From sequence record ON528746: a stretch of DNA of 64,000 bases; one strand, given 5' to 3'. The stretch comes from Shigella phage ESh36. The position numbers and the translations under genes are program-made. Each line of letters opens with the position of its first letter. Within the stretch, counting starts at the first letter, position 1. Below, piece after piece: positions 17,306-29,353 of this stretch. Below the pieces are notes generated by a model that was not told where the DNA came from, did no database searches, and worked only from the letters and a program-made list of their open reading frames with translations.

Positions 17306-19019
17306 TAACCTTAATTGGTTTGTTGGTGTTGTTGAAGATAGAATGGACCCATTAAAATTAGGTCGTGTTCGTGTTCGTGTAGTTGGTCTGCATCCACCTC
17401 AAAGAGCACAAGGCGACGTAATGGGTATTCCAACCGATAAATTACCATGGATGTCAGTTATTCAACCCATAACTTCCGCAGCAATGTCTGGAATTGGAGG
17501 CTCCGTTACTGGTCCAGTAGAAGGAACTAGAGTTTATGGTCATTTTTTAGACAAATGGAAAACTAACGGAATTGTTCTTGGCACGTACGGTGGAATAGTT
17601 CGCGAAAAACCGAATAGACTTGAAGGATTTTCTGACCCAACTGGACAGTATCCTAGACGTCTAGGAAATGATACTAACGTATTAAACCAAGGCGGAGAAG
17701 TAGGATATGATTCGTCTTCTAACATTATCCAAGATAGTAACTTAGACACTGCAATAAATCCTGATGATAGACCGCTATCAGAGATTCCAACTGATGATAA
17801 TCCAAATATGTCAATGGCTGAAATGCTTCGCCGTGATGAAGGATTAAGACTAAAAGTTTATTGGGATACTGAAGGATATCCGACAATTGGTATTGGTCAT
17901 CTTATCATGAAGCAACCAGTTCGTGATATGACCCAAATTAATAAAGTTTTATCAAAACAAGTTGGTCGTGAAATTACCGGAAATCCAGGTTCTATTACAA
18001 TGGAAGAAGCGGTAGCTTTATTTGAACGTGATTTGGCTGATATGCAACGTGACATTAAATCGCATTCTAAAGTTGGCCCAGTTTGGCAAGCAGTTAATCG
18101 TTCTCGTCAAATGGCATTAGAAAATATGGCATTTCAGATGGGTGTTGGTGGTGTAGCTAAATTTAACACAATGTTAACTGCTATGTTAGCCGGAGATTGG
18201 GAAAAAGCATATAAAGCTGGTCGTGATTCATTGTGGTATCAACAAACAAAAGGCCGTGCATCCCGTGTTACCATGATTATTCTTACAGGGAATTTGGAAT
18301 CATACGGCATTGAAGTGAAAACACCGGCTAGGTCTTTGTCAGCAATGGCTGCTGCTGTAGCAAAGTCTTCTGATCCAGCTGACCCTCCTATTCCGAATGA
18401 TTCTAGAATTTTATTCAAAGAGCCTGTTTCTTCATATAAAGGTGAGTATCCGTATGTTCACACAATGGAAACTGAAAGCGGTCATATTCAGGAATTTGAT
18501 GATACCCCTGGGCAAGAACGATACAGATTAGTTCATCCGACTGGAACATATGAGGAAGTATCACCCTCAGGAAGAAGAACAAGAAAAACTGTTGATAATT
18601 TGTATGATATAACAAATGCTGATGGTAATTTTTTGGTAGCCGGTGATAAAAAGACTAACGTCGGTGGGTCAGAAATTTATTACAATATGGATAATCGTCT
18701 CCACCAAATAGATGGAAGCAATACAATATTTGTACGTGGCGATGAAACTAAGACAGTTGAAGGTAATGGAACTATCCTAGTTAAAGGTAATGTTACTATT
18801 GTAGTTGAAGGTAATGCTGACATTACAGTTAAAGGAGATGCTACCACTTTAGTTGAAGGTAATCAAACTAATACAGTAAATGGAAACCTTTCTTGGAAAG
18901 TTGCCGGGACAGTTGATTGGGACGTTGGTGGTGATTGGACAGAAAAAATGGCATCTATGAGTTCTATTTCATCTGGTCAATACACAATTGATGGTAGCCG
19001 TATAGACGTAGGTTTATAA
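17289..19019 (+). CDS. 5: baseplate hub / tail lysozyme gp5
   Basis: 576 aa MEMISNNLNWFVGVVEDRMDPLKLGRVRV; central T4-lysozyme-like domain (MLRRDEGLRLKVYWDTEGYPTIGIGH) and C-terminal VEGN beta-helix repeats. Confidence 0.95.
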   Translation: MEMISNNLNWFVGVVEDRMDPLKLGRVRVRVVGLHPPQRAQGDVMGIPTDKLPWMSVIQPITSAAMSGIGGSVTGPVEGTRVYGHFLDKWKTNGIVLGTYGGIVREKPNRLEGFSDPTGQYPRRLGNDTNVLNQGGEVGYDSSSNIIQDSNLDTAINPDDRPLSEIPTDDNPNMSMAEMLRRDEGLRLKVYWDTEGYPTIGIGHLIMKQPVRDMTQINKVLSKQVGREITGNPGSITMEEAVALFERDLADMQRDIKSHSKVGPVWQAVNRSRQMALENMAFQMGVGGVAKFNTMLTAMLAGDWEKAYKAGRDSLWYQQTKGRASRVTMIILTGNLESYGIEVKTPARSLSAMAAAVAKSSDPADPPIPNDSRILFKEPVSSYKGEYPYVHTMETESGHIQEFDDTPGQERYRLVHPTGTYEEVSPSGRRTRKTVDNLYDITNADGNFLVAGDKKTNVGGSEIYYNMDNRLHQIDGSNTIFVRGDETKTVEGNGTILVKGNVTIVVEGNADITVKGDATTLVEGNQTNTVNGNLSWKVAGTVDWDVGGDWTEKMASMSSISSGQYTIDGSRIDVGL

Positions 19020-19045
19020 ATTTACATCATTAGAGAATTCAACAA

Positions 19046-19582
19046 TTGGCTAATATACTTCCAATGAGCGCTGATTTAGGAGAATCCATGGAAGGTTCTT
19101 CTATCGACGTCACCTTTACCGCTCAATTAGAAACAGGTGAAACGTTAGTATCTATAAATATAACTAGTTACGAAGAAACTCCTGGGGTTTTAGTAGAAGA
19201 AAATCGCTTATATGGAACATATGAATCTGTATTTGGTTTCGGAAATGACGCGTTGAAATATCGTTTAGGCGATGAATTTAAAACTGCTGCTTCATGGGAA
19301 GAACTTCCAACTGATTCTAATACTCAGTTGTATTTGTGGAAAGCTCCTCAAAATCTCCAGAAGACATTCACTTACGAAGTAACATTAATATATGACTATC
19401 AAGAACAAAGTGAATCTGGAGGTTCTGGCAGTAATTCTAGGTCATCTTCTGATACTACTGAACCAACCGATCCTCCAGCTCCAATAAGAAAAACTCTTGT
19501 TAAAAATTACACAAAAACTATAGTTGGAAATTGGAGTCGTTGGGCTAATAAATTAAGAAGCTACGTGTATGAGAGGCAATAA
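19046..19582 (+). CDS. 5.1: gp5.1-like protein
   Basis: ORF between genes 5 and 5.4; track start is TTG, and an in-frame ATG at 19064 (MSADLGES) is an alternative start. Confidence 0.55.
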
Positions 19583-19876
19583 ATGTCAGGATTAAGTTAT
19601 GATAAGTGTGTTACTGCTGGCCATGAAGCGTGGCCTCCAACAGTTGTGAATGCTACACAAAGTAAAGTATTCACTGGAGGAATTGCTGTTCTCGTAGCAG
19701 GCGATCCAATTACAGAACATACAGAAATTAAAAAGCCATATGAAACACATGGCGGAGTGACACAACCTAGAACTTCTAAGGTATATGTCACAGGAAAGAA
19801 AGCTGTTCAAATGGCTGATCCAATATCATGCGGTGATACTGTGGCTCAGGCATCATCTAAAGTATTCATTAAATAG
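19583..19876 (+). CDS. 5.4: gp5.4 PAAR-like spike tip protein
   Basis: 97 aa, T4 gp5.4 size and position. Confidence 0.8.
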
Positions 19877-19884
19877 GATTTAAA

Positions 19885-21867
19885 ATGGCAAATACCCCTG
19901 TAAATTATCAATTAACAAGAACAGCAAATGCTATTCCCGAGATATTCGTCGGGGGTACATTTGCTGAAATAAAACAAAACCTCATTGAATGGCTTAATGG
20001 TCAAAATGAATTTTTGGATTATGATTTTGAAGGCTCAAGATTAAACGTTCTGTGCGACCTTTTGGCTTATAATACATTGTACATTCAGCAGTTTGGTAAT
20101 GCTGCCTTGTATGAAAGCTTTATGCGTACTGCTAATTTGCGTAGTTCAGTAGTTCAAGCTGCACAAGATAATGGATATTTACCTACTTCAAAATCAGCTG
20201 CTCAAACTGAAATTATGCTAACTTGCACAGACGCATTGAATAGAAATTACATTACTATTCCTCGTGGTACTCGCTTTTTAGCATATGCAAAAGATACTTC
20301 CGTTAATCCTTACAACTTTGTATCTACCGAAGATGTTATTGCTATTCGCGATAAAAATAACCAATATTTTCCGCGTTTAAAATTAGCCCAGGGACGTATA
20401 GTAAGAACTGAAATCATTTATGATAAATTAACACCTATTATCATTTATGATAAAAATATTGATAGAAACCAGGTTAAATTATACGTTGATGGAGCAGAAT
20501 GGATTAACTGGACAAGAAAGTCAATGGTTCATGCTGGTTCTACCTCGACAATTTACTACATGCGTGAAACTATTGATGGAAATACTGAATTCTATTTTGG
20601 TGAAGGTGAAATTTCTGTTAATGCTTCTGAAGGAGCATTGACTGCTAATTATATTGGAGGTCTTAAACCTACTCAGAACTCTACGATTGTTATTGAGTAC
20701 ATCAGTACTAACGGTGCGGATGCGAATGGCGCAGTCGGATTTTCATATGCAGATACATTAACAAATATAACTGTCATCAATATTAATGAAAATCCAAACG
20801 ATGACCCAGATTTTGTTGGGGCAGATGGCGGCGGCGATCCAGAAGATATTGAACGTATTCGCGAATTGGGTACTATTAAACGTGAAACCCAGCAACGCTG
20901 TGTAACTGCGACTGACTATGATACATTCGTTTCAGAGAGATTTGGTTCTATTATTCAAGCAGTTCAGACGTTCACTGATTCTACTAAACCTGGTTATGCA
21001 TTTATTGCTGCTAAACCTAAATCAGGATTGTATTTAACTACCGTACAGCGTGAAGATATTAAAAATTATCTCAAAGACTATAATTTAGCTCCTATTACGC
21101 CATCAATTATTTCTCCTAATTATCTTTTTATTAAGACTAATTTAAAAGTCACATATGCTTTAAATAAGCTGCAAGAATCCGAACAGTGGCTCGAAGGTCA
21201 AATAATTGATAAAATTGATCGTTATTATACCGAAGACGTAGAAATTTTTAATTCATCTTTCGCTAAATCTAAGATGTTGACATATGTAGATGATGCAGAT
21301 CATTCTATCATTGGCTCATCAGCGACAATTCAAATTGTTCGTGAAGTACAAAACTTCTATAAAACGCCTGAAGCAGGTATTAAATACAATAATCAAATAA
21401 AAGATCGTTCTATGGAATCTAATACGTTTTCATTTAATTCTGGACGAAAGGTTGTAAATCCTGATACTGGTTTAGAAGAAGATGTATTATATGACGTTCG
21501 CATAGTATCAACAGACCGAGATTCTAAAGGAATTGGTAAAGTTATTATTGGTCCATTTGCTTCTGGCGATGTTACAGAAAATGAAAACATTCAGCCATAT
21601 ACAGGCAACGATTTTAACAAATTAGCAAATTCTGATGGACGCGACAAATACTATGTTATCGGTGAAATAAATTATCCAGCTGATGTGATTTATTGGAATA
21701 TCGCTAAAATTAATTTAACATCTGAAAAATTTGAAGTTCAGACCATCGAATTATATTCTGACCCAACCGATGATGTTATCTTTACTCGCGACGGTTCACT
21801 GATTGTATTTGAAAATGACTTACGTCCACAATACTTAACTATCGATTTGGAGCCTATATCACAATGA
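19885..21867 (+). CDS. 6: baseplate wedge protein gp6
   Basis: 660 aa, T4 gp6 length and position. Confidence 0.9.
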   Translation: MANTPVNYQLTRTANAIPEIFVGGTFAEIKQNLIEWLNGQNEFLDYDFEGSRLNVLCDLLAYNTLYIQQFGNAALYESFMRTANLRSSVVQAAQDNGYLPTSKSAAQTEIMLTCTDALNRNYITIPRGTRFLAYAKDTSVNPYNFVSTEDVIAIRDKNNQYFPRLKLAQGRIVRTEIIYDKLTPIIIYDKNIDRNQVKLYVDGAEWINWTRKSMVHAGSTSTIYYMRETIDGNTEFYFGEGEISVNASEGALTANYIGGLKPTQNSTIVIEYISTNGADANGAVGFSYADTLTNITVININENPNDDPDFVGADGGGDPEDIERIRELGTIKRETQQRCVTATDYDTFVSERFGSIIQAVQTFTDSTKPGYAFIAAKPKSGLYLTTVQREDIKNYLKDYNLAPITPSIISPNYLFIKTNLKVTYALNKLQESEQWLEGQIIDKIDRYYTEDVEIFNSSFAKSKMLTYVDDADHSIIGSSATIQIVREVQNFYKTPEAGIKYNNQIKDRSMESNTFSFNSGRKVVNPDTGLEEDVLYDVRIVSTDRDSKGIGKVIIGPFASGDVTENENIQPYTGNDFNKLANSDGRDKYYVIGEINYPADVIYWNIAKINLTSEKFEVQTIELYSDPTDDVIFTRDGSLIVFENDLRPQYLTIDLEPISQ

Positions 21868-24800
21868 CAGTAAAAGCACCTTCAGTCACTAGTCTCAGAA
21901 TTTCCAAGTTATCCGCAAATCAGGTGCAAGTACGCTGGGATGACGTTGGTGCTAATTTCTACTATTTTGTAGAAATCGCTGAGACAAAAACGAACTCGGG
22001 GGAAAATCTCCCGAGTAATCAATACAGATGGATTAACTTAGGATATACTGCAAATAACAGCTTCTTTTTTGATGATGCTGACCCATTGACATCATACATT
22101 ATCAGAGTAGCTACAGCTGCGCAAGATTTTGAGCAGTCTGATTGGATTTATACCGAAGAGTTTGAAACTTTTGCTACAAATGCTTATACATTTCAAAACA
22201 TGATTGAAATGCAATTAGCCAATAAATTCATTCAGGAAAAATTTACTCTTAATAATTCTGATTATGTTAATTTTAACAATGACACTATAATGGCTGCATT
22301 GATGAATGAATCATTTCAATTCAGCCCATCGTATGTTGATGTTTCATCAATAAGTAATTTTATTATTGGTGAAAATGAGTATCATGAAATACAAGGTTCT
22401 ATTCAGCAAGTATGTAAGGATATTAACCGAGTTTATTTGATGGAATCAGAAGGAATTCTATATCTTTTTGAGCGCTATCAACCTGTAGTTAAAGTATCCA
22501 ATGATAAAGGACAAACCTGGAAAGCCGTAAAGCTCTTCAATGACCGTGTAGGATATCCTTTATCTAAGACAGTATATTACCAATCTGCGAGCACAACATA
22601 CGTTCTAGGATACGACAAGATTTTCTATGGCCGTAAATCGACTGACGTTAGATGGTCAGCAGATGATGTCAGATTCAGTTCGCAGGATATAACATTTGCT
22701 AAACTTGGCGACCAGTTACATTTAGGATTTGATGTAGAAATCTTTGGTACTTATGCTACATTACCTGCAAATGTATATCGTATAGCTGAAGCCATTACTT
22801 GTACGGATGATTATATCTATGTTGTTGCCAGAGATAAAGTTAGATATATAAAAACGAGCAATGCACCTATAGATTCTGATCCATTATCTCCAACATATTC
22901 GGAAAGGCTATTTGAACCTGATACAATGACTATAACTGGAAATCCTAAAGCAGTATGCTATAAAATGGATTCTATTGGTGATAAAGTTTTTGCTCTTATT
23001 ATCGGTGAAGTTGAAACATTAAATGCTAATCCTAGAACGTCAAAAATAATTGATTCTGCTGATAAAGGAATATATGTTTTAAATCATGACACAAAAACGT
23101 GGAAAAGAGTTTTTGGCAACACTGAAGAAGAAAGAAGACGTATTCAACCTGGATATGCGAATATGTCAACTGATGGTAAATTAGTTTCTCTGTCTTCGAG
23201 TAATTTTAAATTTTTAAGTGATAACGTTGTTAATGACCCTGAAACTGCAGCGAAATATCAGTTAATCGGTGCTGTTAAATATGAATTTCCTCGTGAATGG
23301 CTAGCCGATAAGCATTATCATATGATGGCATTTATAGCAGATGAAAAATCTGATTGGGAAACTTTTACACCTCAGCCAATGAAATACTACGCAGAACCGT
23401 TCTTTAACTGGTCTAAAAAATCTAACACACGGTGCTGGATAAACAACTCTAATAGAGCTGTAGTAGTTTATGCTGATTTAAAATACACTAAAGTTATAGA
23501 AAATATTCCGGAAACATCGCCAGATAGATTAGTTCATGAATACTGGGATGATGGTGATTGTACGATAGTAATGCCAAATGTTAAATTCACAGGATTTAAA
23601 AAATATGCGTCTGGGATGCTTTTTTATAAATCTTCTGGTGAAATAATTTCTTACTATGATTTTAACTATCGAGTGAGAGACACGGTTGAAATAATTTGGA
23701 AGCCAACTGGAATATTTTTAAAAGCATTTTTACAAAACCAAGAGCGTGAAACTCCTTGGTCACCAGAAGAAGAGCGTGGATTAGCTGACCCTGATTTAAG
23801 ACCATTGATTGGCACAATGATGCCTGATTCTTATTTACTACAAGATTCGAATTTTGAGGCATTTTGCGAAGCATATATTCAATATCTTTCTGATGGATAT
23901 GGAACTCAGTATAACAATTTACGAAATTTAATTCGTAACAAATATCCACGAGAAGAGCATGCATGGGAATATTTGTGGTCAGAGATATATAAAAGAAACA
24001 TTTATTTAAATGCTGACAAACGTGATGCTGTTGCAAGATTTTTCGAATCACGTAGCTATGATTTTTATTCTACTAAAGGAATTGAAGCATCATACAAATT
24101 TCTTTTTAAAGTTCTTTATAATGAAGAGGTTGAAATTGAAATTGAATCTGGGGCTGGTACTGAATATGATATAATCGTTCAATCTGATTCTTTGACTGAA
24201 GATTTAGTAGGACAAACGATTTATACAGCCACAGGAAGATGTAATGTTACTTATATAGAAAGAAGTTATTCTAATGGTAAATTGCAATGGACCGTAACTA
24301 TTCATAATCTTTTGGGAAGATTAATTGCTGGTCAAGAAGTTAAAGCAGAAAGACTCCCTAGTTTTGAAGGCGAAATTATTCGTGGAGTTAAAGGAAAGGA
24401 TTTGCTTCAAAACAATATAGACTATATTAATAGAAGTAGATCATACTATGTAATGAAAATTAAATCCAATTTACCTTCTTCCCGCTGGAAATCTGACGTT
24501 ATTCGTTTTGTTCATCCAGTAGGATTTGGATTTATAGCAATTACCCTTTTAACGATGTTTATTAATGTTGGTTTAACTCTTAAACATACAGAGACTATAA
24601 TTAATAAATACAAAAACTATAAATGGGATTCTGGATTGCCTACTGAATATGCTGATAGAGTAGCTAAATTAACTCCAACCGGTGAAATTGAGTATGATTC
24701 AGTAACAGGCGAAGCAATTTATGAACCTGGCCCAATGGCTGGTGTAAAATATCCTCTTCCTGATGACTATAATGCTGAAAATAATAATTCAATATTTCAA

Positions 24801-24962
24801 GGTCAATTGCCATCTGAACGACGTAAATTAATGAGTCCTCTATTTGATGCATCTGGAACAACATTTGCACAATTTAGGGATTTAGTTAATAAACGTCTAA
24901 AAGATAATATAGGAAATCCAAGAGACCATGAAAATCCAACACAGGTTAAAATAGATGAATGA
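21864..24962 (+). CDS. 7: baseplate wedge protein gp7
   Basis: 1032 aa, T4 gp7 length and position; ATGA overlap with gene 6. Confidence 0.9.
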   Translation: MTVKAPSVTSLRISKLSANQVQVRWDDVGANFYYFVEIAETKTNSGENLPSNQYRWINLGYTANNSFFFDDADPLTSYIIRVATAAQDFEQSDWIYTEEFETFATNAYTFQNMIEMQLANKFIQEKFTLNNSDYVNFNNDTIMAALMNESFQFSPSYVDVSSISNFIIGENEYHEIQGSIQQVCKDINRVYLMESEGILYLFERYQPVVKVSNDKGQTWKAVKLFNDRVGYPLSKTVYYQSASTTYVLGYDKIFYGRKSTDVRWSADDVRFSSQDITFAKLGDQLHLGFDVEIFGTYATLPANVYRIAEAITCTDDYIYVVARDKVRYIKTSNAPIDSDPLSPTYSERLFEPDTMTITGNPKAVCYKMDSIGDKVFALIIGEVETLNANPRTSKIIDSADKGIYVLNHDTKTWKRVFGNTEEERRRIQPGYANMSTDGKLVSLSSSNFKFLSDNVVNDPETAAKYQLIGAVKYEFPREWLADKHYHMMAFIADEKSDWETFTPQPMKYYAEPFFNWSKKSNTRCWINNSNRAVVVYADLKYTKVIENIPETSPDRLVHEYWDDGDCTIVMPNVKFTGFKKYASGMLFYKSSGEIISYYDFNYRVRDTVEIIWKPTGIFLKAFLQNQERETPWSPEEERGLADPDLRPLIGTMMPDSYLLQDSNFEAFCEAYIQYLSDGYGTQYNNLRNLIRNKYPREEHAWEYLWSEIYKRNIYLNADKRDAVARFFESRSYDFYSTKGIEASYKFLFKVLYNEEVEIEIESGAGTEYDIIVQSDSLTEDLVGQTIYTATGRCNVTYIERSYSNGKLQWTVTIHNLLGRLIAGQEVKAERLPSFEGEIIRGVKGKDLLQNNIDYINRSRSYYVMKIKSNLPSSRWKSDVIRFVHPVGFGFIAITLLTMFINVGLTLKHTETIINKYKNYKWDSGLPTEYADRVAKLTPTGEIEYDSVTGEAIYEPGPMAGVKYPLPDDYNAENNNSIFQGQLPSERRKLMSPLFDASGTTFAQFRDLVNKRLKDNIGNPRDHENPTQVKIDE

Positions 24963-25959
24963 TTCAAGTGTTATCTATCGTGCGATAGTTACTTCAAAAT
25001 TTAGAACAGAAAAAATGTTGAATTTTTATAATTCAATTGGAAGTGGTCCGGATAAAAACACTATCTTTATTACATTTGGAAGATCAGAACCGTGGTCATC
25101 AAACGAAAATGAGGCGGGATTTGCCCCACCTTATCCCACCGATTCTGTGTTAGGTGTAACTGACATATGGACGCATATGATGGGAACAGTAAAGGTTCTT
25201 CCATCAATGCTTGATGCAGTTATTCCTCGTCGAGATTGGGGAGATACTAGATATCCGGATCCGTATACATTTAGAATTAACGATATTGTAGTGTGTAACT
25301 CAGCTCCTTACAACGCTACTGAATCAGGCGCAGGCTGGTTAGTATATCGTTGTTTAGATGTTCCTGATACTGGAATGTGTTCAATCGCATCTTTAACTGA
25401 TAAGGATGAATGCCTTAAATTAGGCGGAAAATGGACACCTTCTGTTAGGTCAATGACTCCTCCTGAAGGTCGAGGAGATGCTGAAGGAACAATTGAACCT
25501 GGGGACGGGTATGTATGGGAATATCTTTTTGAGATTCCACCCGATGTATCTATAAATAGATGCACGAATGAATATATCGTGGTTCCTTGGCCTGAGGAAT
25601 TAAAAGAAGATCCAACTAGATGGGGGTATGAAGATAATCTCACTTGGCAACAAGATGATTTTGGATTAATTTACCGGGTTAAGGCAAATACTATCCGTTT
25701 TAAAGCATATTTAGATTCAGTTTACTTTCCTGATGCTGCATTGCCAGGAAATAAAGGATTTAGACAAATATCAATAATCACAAATCCTCTTGAAGCTAAA
25801 GCTCATCCAAATGACCCAAATGTTAAAGCTGAAAAGGATTATTATGATCCAGAAGATTTAATGAGGCATTCGGGCGAAATGATTTATATGGAAAATAGGC
25901 CACCTATTATCATGGCAATGGATCAAACAGAAGAAATCAATATTCTGTTTACATTTTAA
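24955..25959 (+). CDS. 8: baseplate wedge protein gp8
   Basis: 334 aa, T4 gp8 length and position. Confidence 0.9.
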   Translation: MNDSSVIYRAIVTSKFRTEKMLNFYNSIGSGPDKNTIFITFGRSEPWSSNENEAGFAPPYPTDSVLGVTDIWTHMMGTVKVLPSMLDAVIPRRDWGDTRYPDPYTFRINDIVVCNSAPYNATESGAGWLVYRCLDVPDTGMCSIASLTDKDECLKLGGKWTPSVRSMTPPEGRGDAEGTIEPGDGYVWEYLFEIPPDVSINRCTNEYIVVPWPEELKEDPTRWGYEDNLTWQQDDFGLIYRVKANTIRFKAYLDSVYFPDAALPGNKGFRQISIITNPLEAKAHPNDPNVKAEKDYYDPEDLMRHSGEMIYMENRPPIIMAMDQTEEINILFTF

Positions 25960-25964
25960 ATTAA

Positions 25965-25990
25965 GGGAGCCCATGGGCTCCCTTTTTCTT
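25965..25990 (+). terminator. rho-independent terminator after gene 8
   Basis: Hairpin GGGAGCCC-ATGGGCTCCC followed by TTTTTCTT. Confidence 0.6.
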
Positions 25991-25998
25991 TATAAATA
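25991..25998 (+). promoter_or_regulatory. late promoter (TATAAATA) for gene 9
   Basis: Exact TATAAATA 25 nt upstream of the gene 9 ATG. Confidence 0.55.
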
Positions 25999-26022
25999 CT
26001 ATAAACTCATAAGGAAACCGCT

Positions 26023-26889
26023 ATGTTCATTCAAGAACCAAAGAAATTGATTGATACCGGCGAAATTGGTAACGCTTCTACTGGTGATATCTTATTCGAC
26101 GGTGGTAATAAAATTAATAGTGATTTTAACGCAATTTATAATGCGTTTGGCGATCAGCGCAAAATGGCAGTAGCAAATGGCACTGGAGCAGATGGCCAAA
26201 TTATTCATGCTACGGGATATTATCAAAAACATTCTATAGCAGAGTACGCAACTCCAGTAAAAGTTGGCACTAGGCATGATATTGATACCTCTACTGTAGG
26301 TGTTAAAGTTATCATTGAAAGAGGCGAACTTGGTGACTGTGTTGAATTTATTAACTCAAATGGATCTATATCAGTTACTAATCCTTTAACGATTCAAGCA
26401 ATTGATTCAATTAAAGGTGTTTCAGGCAATTTAGTAGTAACTAGCCCATATAGTAAAGTAACTTTACGCTGTATTTCATCTGATAATTCTACATCGGTTT
26501 GGAATTATTCTATTGAAAGTATGTTTGGACAAAAGGAATCACCAGCTGAAGGTACATGGAATATTTCTACATCCGGATCAGTTGATATTCCATTATTTCA
26601 TCGTACTGAATACAACATGGCTAAATTGCTAGTTACGTGCCAATCAGTAGATGGAAGAAAAATTAAAACAGCAGAAATAAATATTCTTGTAGATACCGTT
26701 AATTCAAAGGTCATTTCTTCTGAATATGCTGTCATGCGGGTCGGCAATGAAACCGAAGAAGATGAAATCGCTAATATTGCATTTAGTATTAAAGAAAATT
26801 ATGTAACAGCGACTGTAAGTTCTTCTACTGTTGGCATGAGAGCAGCAGTTAAAGTTATCGCTACGCAGAAAATCGGGGTGGCTCAATAA
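26023..26889 (+). CDS. 9: baseplate wedge / long-tail-fibre socket protein gp9
   Basis: 288 aa, T4 gp9 length and position. Confidence 0.9.
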   Translation: MFIQEPKKLIDTGEIGNASTGDILFDGGNKINSDFNAIYNAFGDQRKMAVANGTGADGQIIHATGYYQKHSIAEYATPVKVGTRHDIDTSTVGVKVIIERGELGDCVEFINSNGSISVTNPLTIQAIDSIKGVSGNLVVTSPYSKVTLRCISSDNSTSVWNYSIESMFGQKESPAEGTWNISTSGSVDIPLFHRTEYNMAKLLVTCQSVDGRKIKTAEINILVDTVNSKVISSEYAVMRVGNETEEDEIANIAFSIKENYVTATVSSSTVGMRAAVKVIATQKIGVAQ

Positions 26890-28694
26890 TGAAACAAAAT
26901 ATTAATATCGGTAATGTTGTAGATGATGGTACCGGTGACTACCTGCGTAAAGGTGGTATAAAAATAAATGAAAACTTTGATGAACTTTATTATGAGCTTG
27001 GTGATGGGAATGTTCCATATTCAGCCGGTGCCTGGAAAACTTATAATGCTTCATCTGGGCAAACACTAACGGCAGAATGGGGGAAATCATACGCTATTAA
27101 TACTTCGTCTGGGAGAGTAACACTACAACTTCCTAAAGGAACTGTTAATGATTACAACAAGGTAATTAGAGCTAGAGACGTATTCGCTACATGGAACATC
27201 AATCCAGTTACTTTAGTAGCTGCTTCCGGAGATACAATTAAAGGGTCGTCATCGTCAGTTGAAATTAATATTCAATTTAGTGATTTGGAGCTAGTTTATT
27301 GTGCTCCAGGACGTTGGGAATATGTCAAAAATAAGCAAATTGACAAAATTACCAGTTCAGACATTAGTAATGTAGCTCGTAAAGAATTTTTAGTTGAAGT
27401 TCAAGGACAAACTGACTTTTTAGATGTTTTCAATGGAACTAGTTATAATGTTAATAACATCAGAGTAAAACACCGCGGTAATGAATTGTATTACGGCGAT
27501 GTTTTTAGCGAAAACAGTGACTTTGGCTCTCCGGGCGAAAATGAAGGCGAATTAGTTCCTCTTGATGGATTTAATATTCGATTAAGACAGCCTTGTAATA
27601 TTGGTGACACTGTTCAAATTGAAACATTTATGGATGGTGTATCACAATGGAGAAGTTCATATACAAGACGCCAAATAAAAGTACTGGATTCAAAACTAAC
27701 ATCAAAGACTTCTTTAGAAGGAAGCATTTATGTTACTGATTTATCGGCGATGAAATCAATTCCATTTTCTGCATTTGGATTAATTCCTGGTGAACCAATT
27801 AATCCGAACTCTCTTGAGGTTCGTTTTAATGGAATTTTGCAGCAGCAGGCTGGAACAGCTGGATATCCTCTGTTTTTGTGTGAAGGCGCTAATTCAGATA
27901 CGCAAGAAGGATGTATATCTCTTGGTGGCGAATGGAAAGAATCAAACACCGATTATTCTATAGAATATGAAGACGGAAAACCTATCAGTCTTTTATTTGA
28001 TAGAAAATTTGAATCCGGTGACATTATCGTTATAACATGGTTCAATAATGATTTAGGAACTCTTTTAGAAAAAGATGACATTATTGAATTAACTGATGAC
28101 CGTTATGTTAGTAAAGGATCATCTACTGAAGTTACTGGTGATGTAGCCTTAACAGATTTTGATAAAATCGGTTGGCCAAATGTTGAAAAAGTTGATTCTT
28201 ATACTAGAACGTATAATTCAATATCATCTATTTTCGATAGCATTTATCCCGTAGGTTCAATTTATGAAAATGCTATAAACCCAAATAATCCGGTGACTTA
28301 TATGGGATTTGGTTCATGGAAATTATTTGGTAAAGGACAAGTTTTAGTAGGATGGAATGATGATGTTACGGATCCAAACTTTGCTTTAAACAATAATGAT
28401 TTAGATTCTAGCGGAAATCCTTCACATACGGCAGGTGGAACGGTTGGAACAACATCAGTAACGCTTGAAAACGCAAATCTTCCTGCAACTAAAACCGACG
28501 AAAGAGTTTTAATTGAAGACGAAAATGGATCGGTTATTATTGGAGGTTGCCAATATGACCCAGATGAAACTGGTCCTATATATACAAAATATCGTGAAGA
28601 TTACGCAACAACAAACTCTTCACATACTCCTCCTGCTAATATTAGTAATATTCAACCGTCTATTACTGTATACCGTTGGATAAGGATTGCATAA
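26889..28694 (+). CDS. 10: baseplate wedge protein gp10
   Basis: 601 aa (T4 gp10 about 602). Confidence 0.9.
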   Translation: MKQNINIGNVVDDGTGDYLRKGGIKINENFDELYYELGDGNVPYSAGAWKTYNASSGQTLTAEWGKSYAINTSSGRVTLQLPKGTVNDYNKVIRARDVFATWNINPVTLVAASGDTIKGSSSSVEINIQFSDLELVYCAPGRWEYVKNKQIDKITSSDISNVARKEFLVEVQGQTDFLDVFNGTSYNVNNIRVKHRGNELYYGDVFSENSDFGSPGENEGELVPLDGFNIRLRQPCNIGDTVQIETFMDGVSQWRSSYTRRQIKVLDSKLTSKTSLEGSIYVTDLSAMKSIPFSAFGLIPGEPINPNSLEVRFNGILQQQAGTAGYPLFLCEGANSDTQEGCISLGGEWKESNTDYSIEYEDGKPISLLFDRKFESGDIIVITWFNNDLGTLLEKDDIIELTDDRYVSKGSSTEVTGDVALTDFDKIGWPNVEKVDSYTRTYNSISSIFDSIYPVGSIYENAINPNNPVTYMGFGSWKLFGKGQVLVGWNDDVTDPNFALNNNDLDSSGNPSHTAGGTVGTTSVTLENANLPATKTDERVLIEDENGSVIIGGCQYDPDETGPIYTKYREDYATTNSSHTPPANISNIQPSITVYRWIRIA

Positions 28695-29353
28695 TGAGTT
28701 TACTTAATAATAAAGCGGGAGTTATTTCCCGCTTAGCAGATTTTCTTGGTTTTAGAACTAAGAAAAATGATATTTCGGTTATGAATAATCAGCCAGTAGG
28801 TGCTGTAACAATTTCACAAATAGCAAAAGGGTTTTATGACCCAAATGTAGAATCTGCTATTAATGATGTTAGAAATATGGCAGAGCAACAGGTTGGAGCT
28901 GTATTAGTTAATATAAGTGGCGTATCTCCTACTGGCGTGCAGCAAACAGACTATTGGTCATTTGAAGGAACTGTTACTGATACTTCAGCCAAACCAGGTG
29001 ACCCAGTTATTGTTAACATGTTTGGTATTCCAGTTAAAGCTACTAATGGAATGACTTCAATCGAATTCACGAGTGCCGTTAGAACAGCTCTACAGGAAAT
29101 GGTTGCAAAATTTATTGCAATTGATTCATTTGAAGACCATCCTACTATAGGAAATAAAATACAAGTTAAGTATTTAGATAACCAAGAACATATCTTAGAA
29201 CAATACTCTGATAAAGGAATTACTTTCAAACAAGAAATAATTTCTCCTTCTAAACCTGGGTATGGAACTTGGCAATTATTAGGTGCGCAAACTGTTACGC
29301 TAGATAGTCACACACAACCTACAGTATTTTATTATTTTGAGAGAATAGCATGA
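28694..29353 (+). CDS. 11: baseplate wedge protein gp11
   Basis: Start moved to the ATG overlapping the gene 10 stop (TAATG), giving 219 aa [17 protein letters not shown] as in T4 gp11. Confidence 0.9.
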   Translation: MSLLNNKAGVISRLADFLGFRTKKNDISVMNNQPVGAVTISQIAKGFYDPNVESAINDVRNMAEQQVGAVLVNISGVSPTGVQQTDYWSFEGTVTDTSAKPGDPVIVNMFGIPVKATNGMTSIEFTSAVRTALQEMVAKFIAIDSFEDHPTIGNKIQVKYLDNQEHILEQYSDKGITFKQEIISPSKPGYGTWQLLGAQTVTLDSHTQPTVFYYFERIA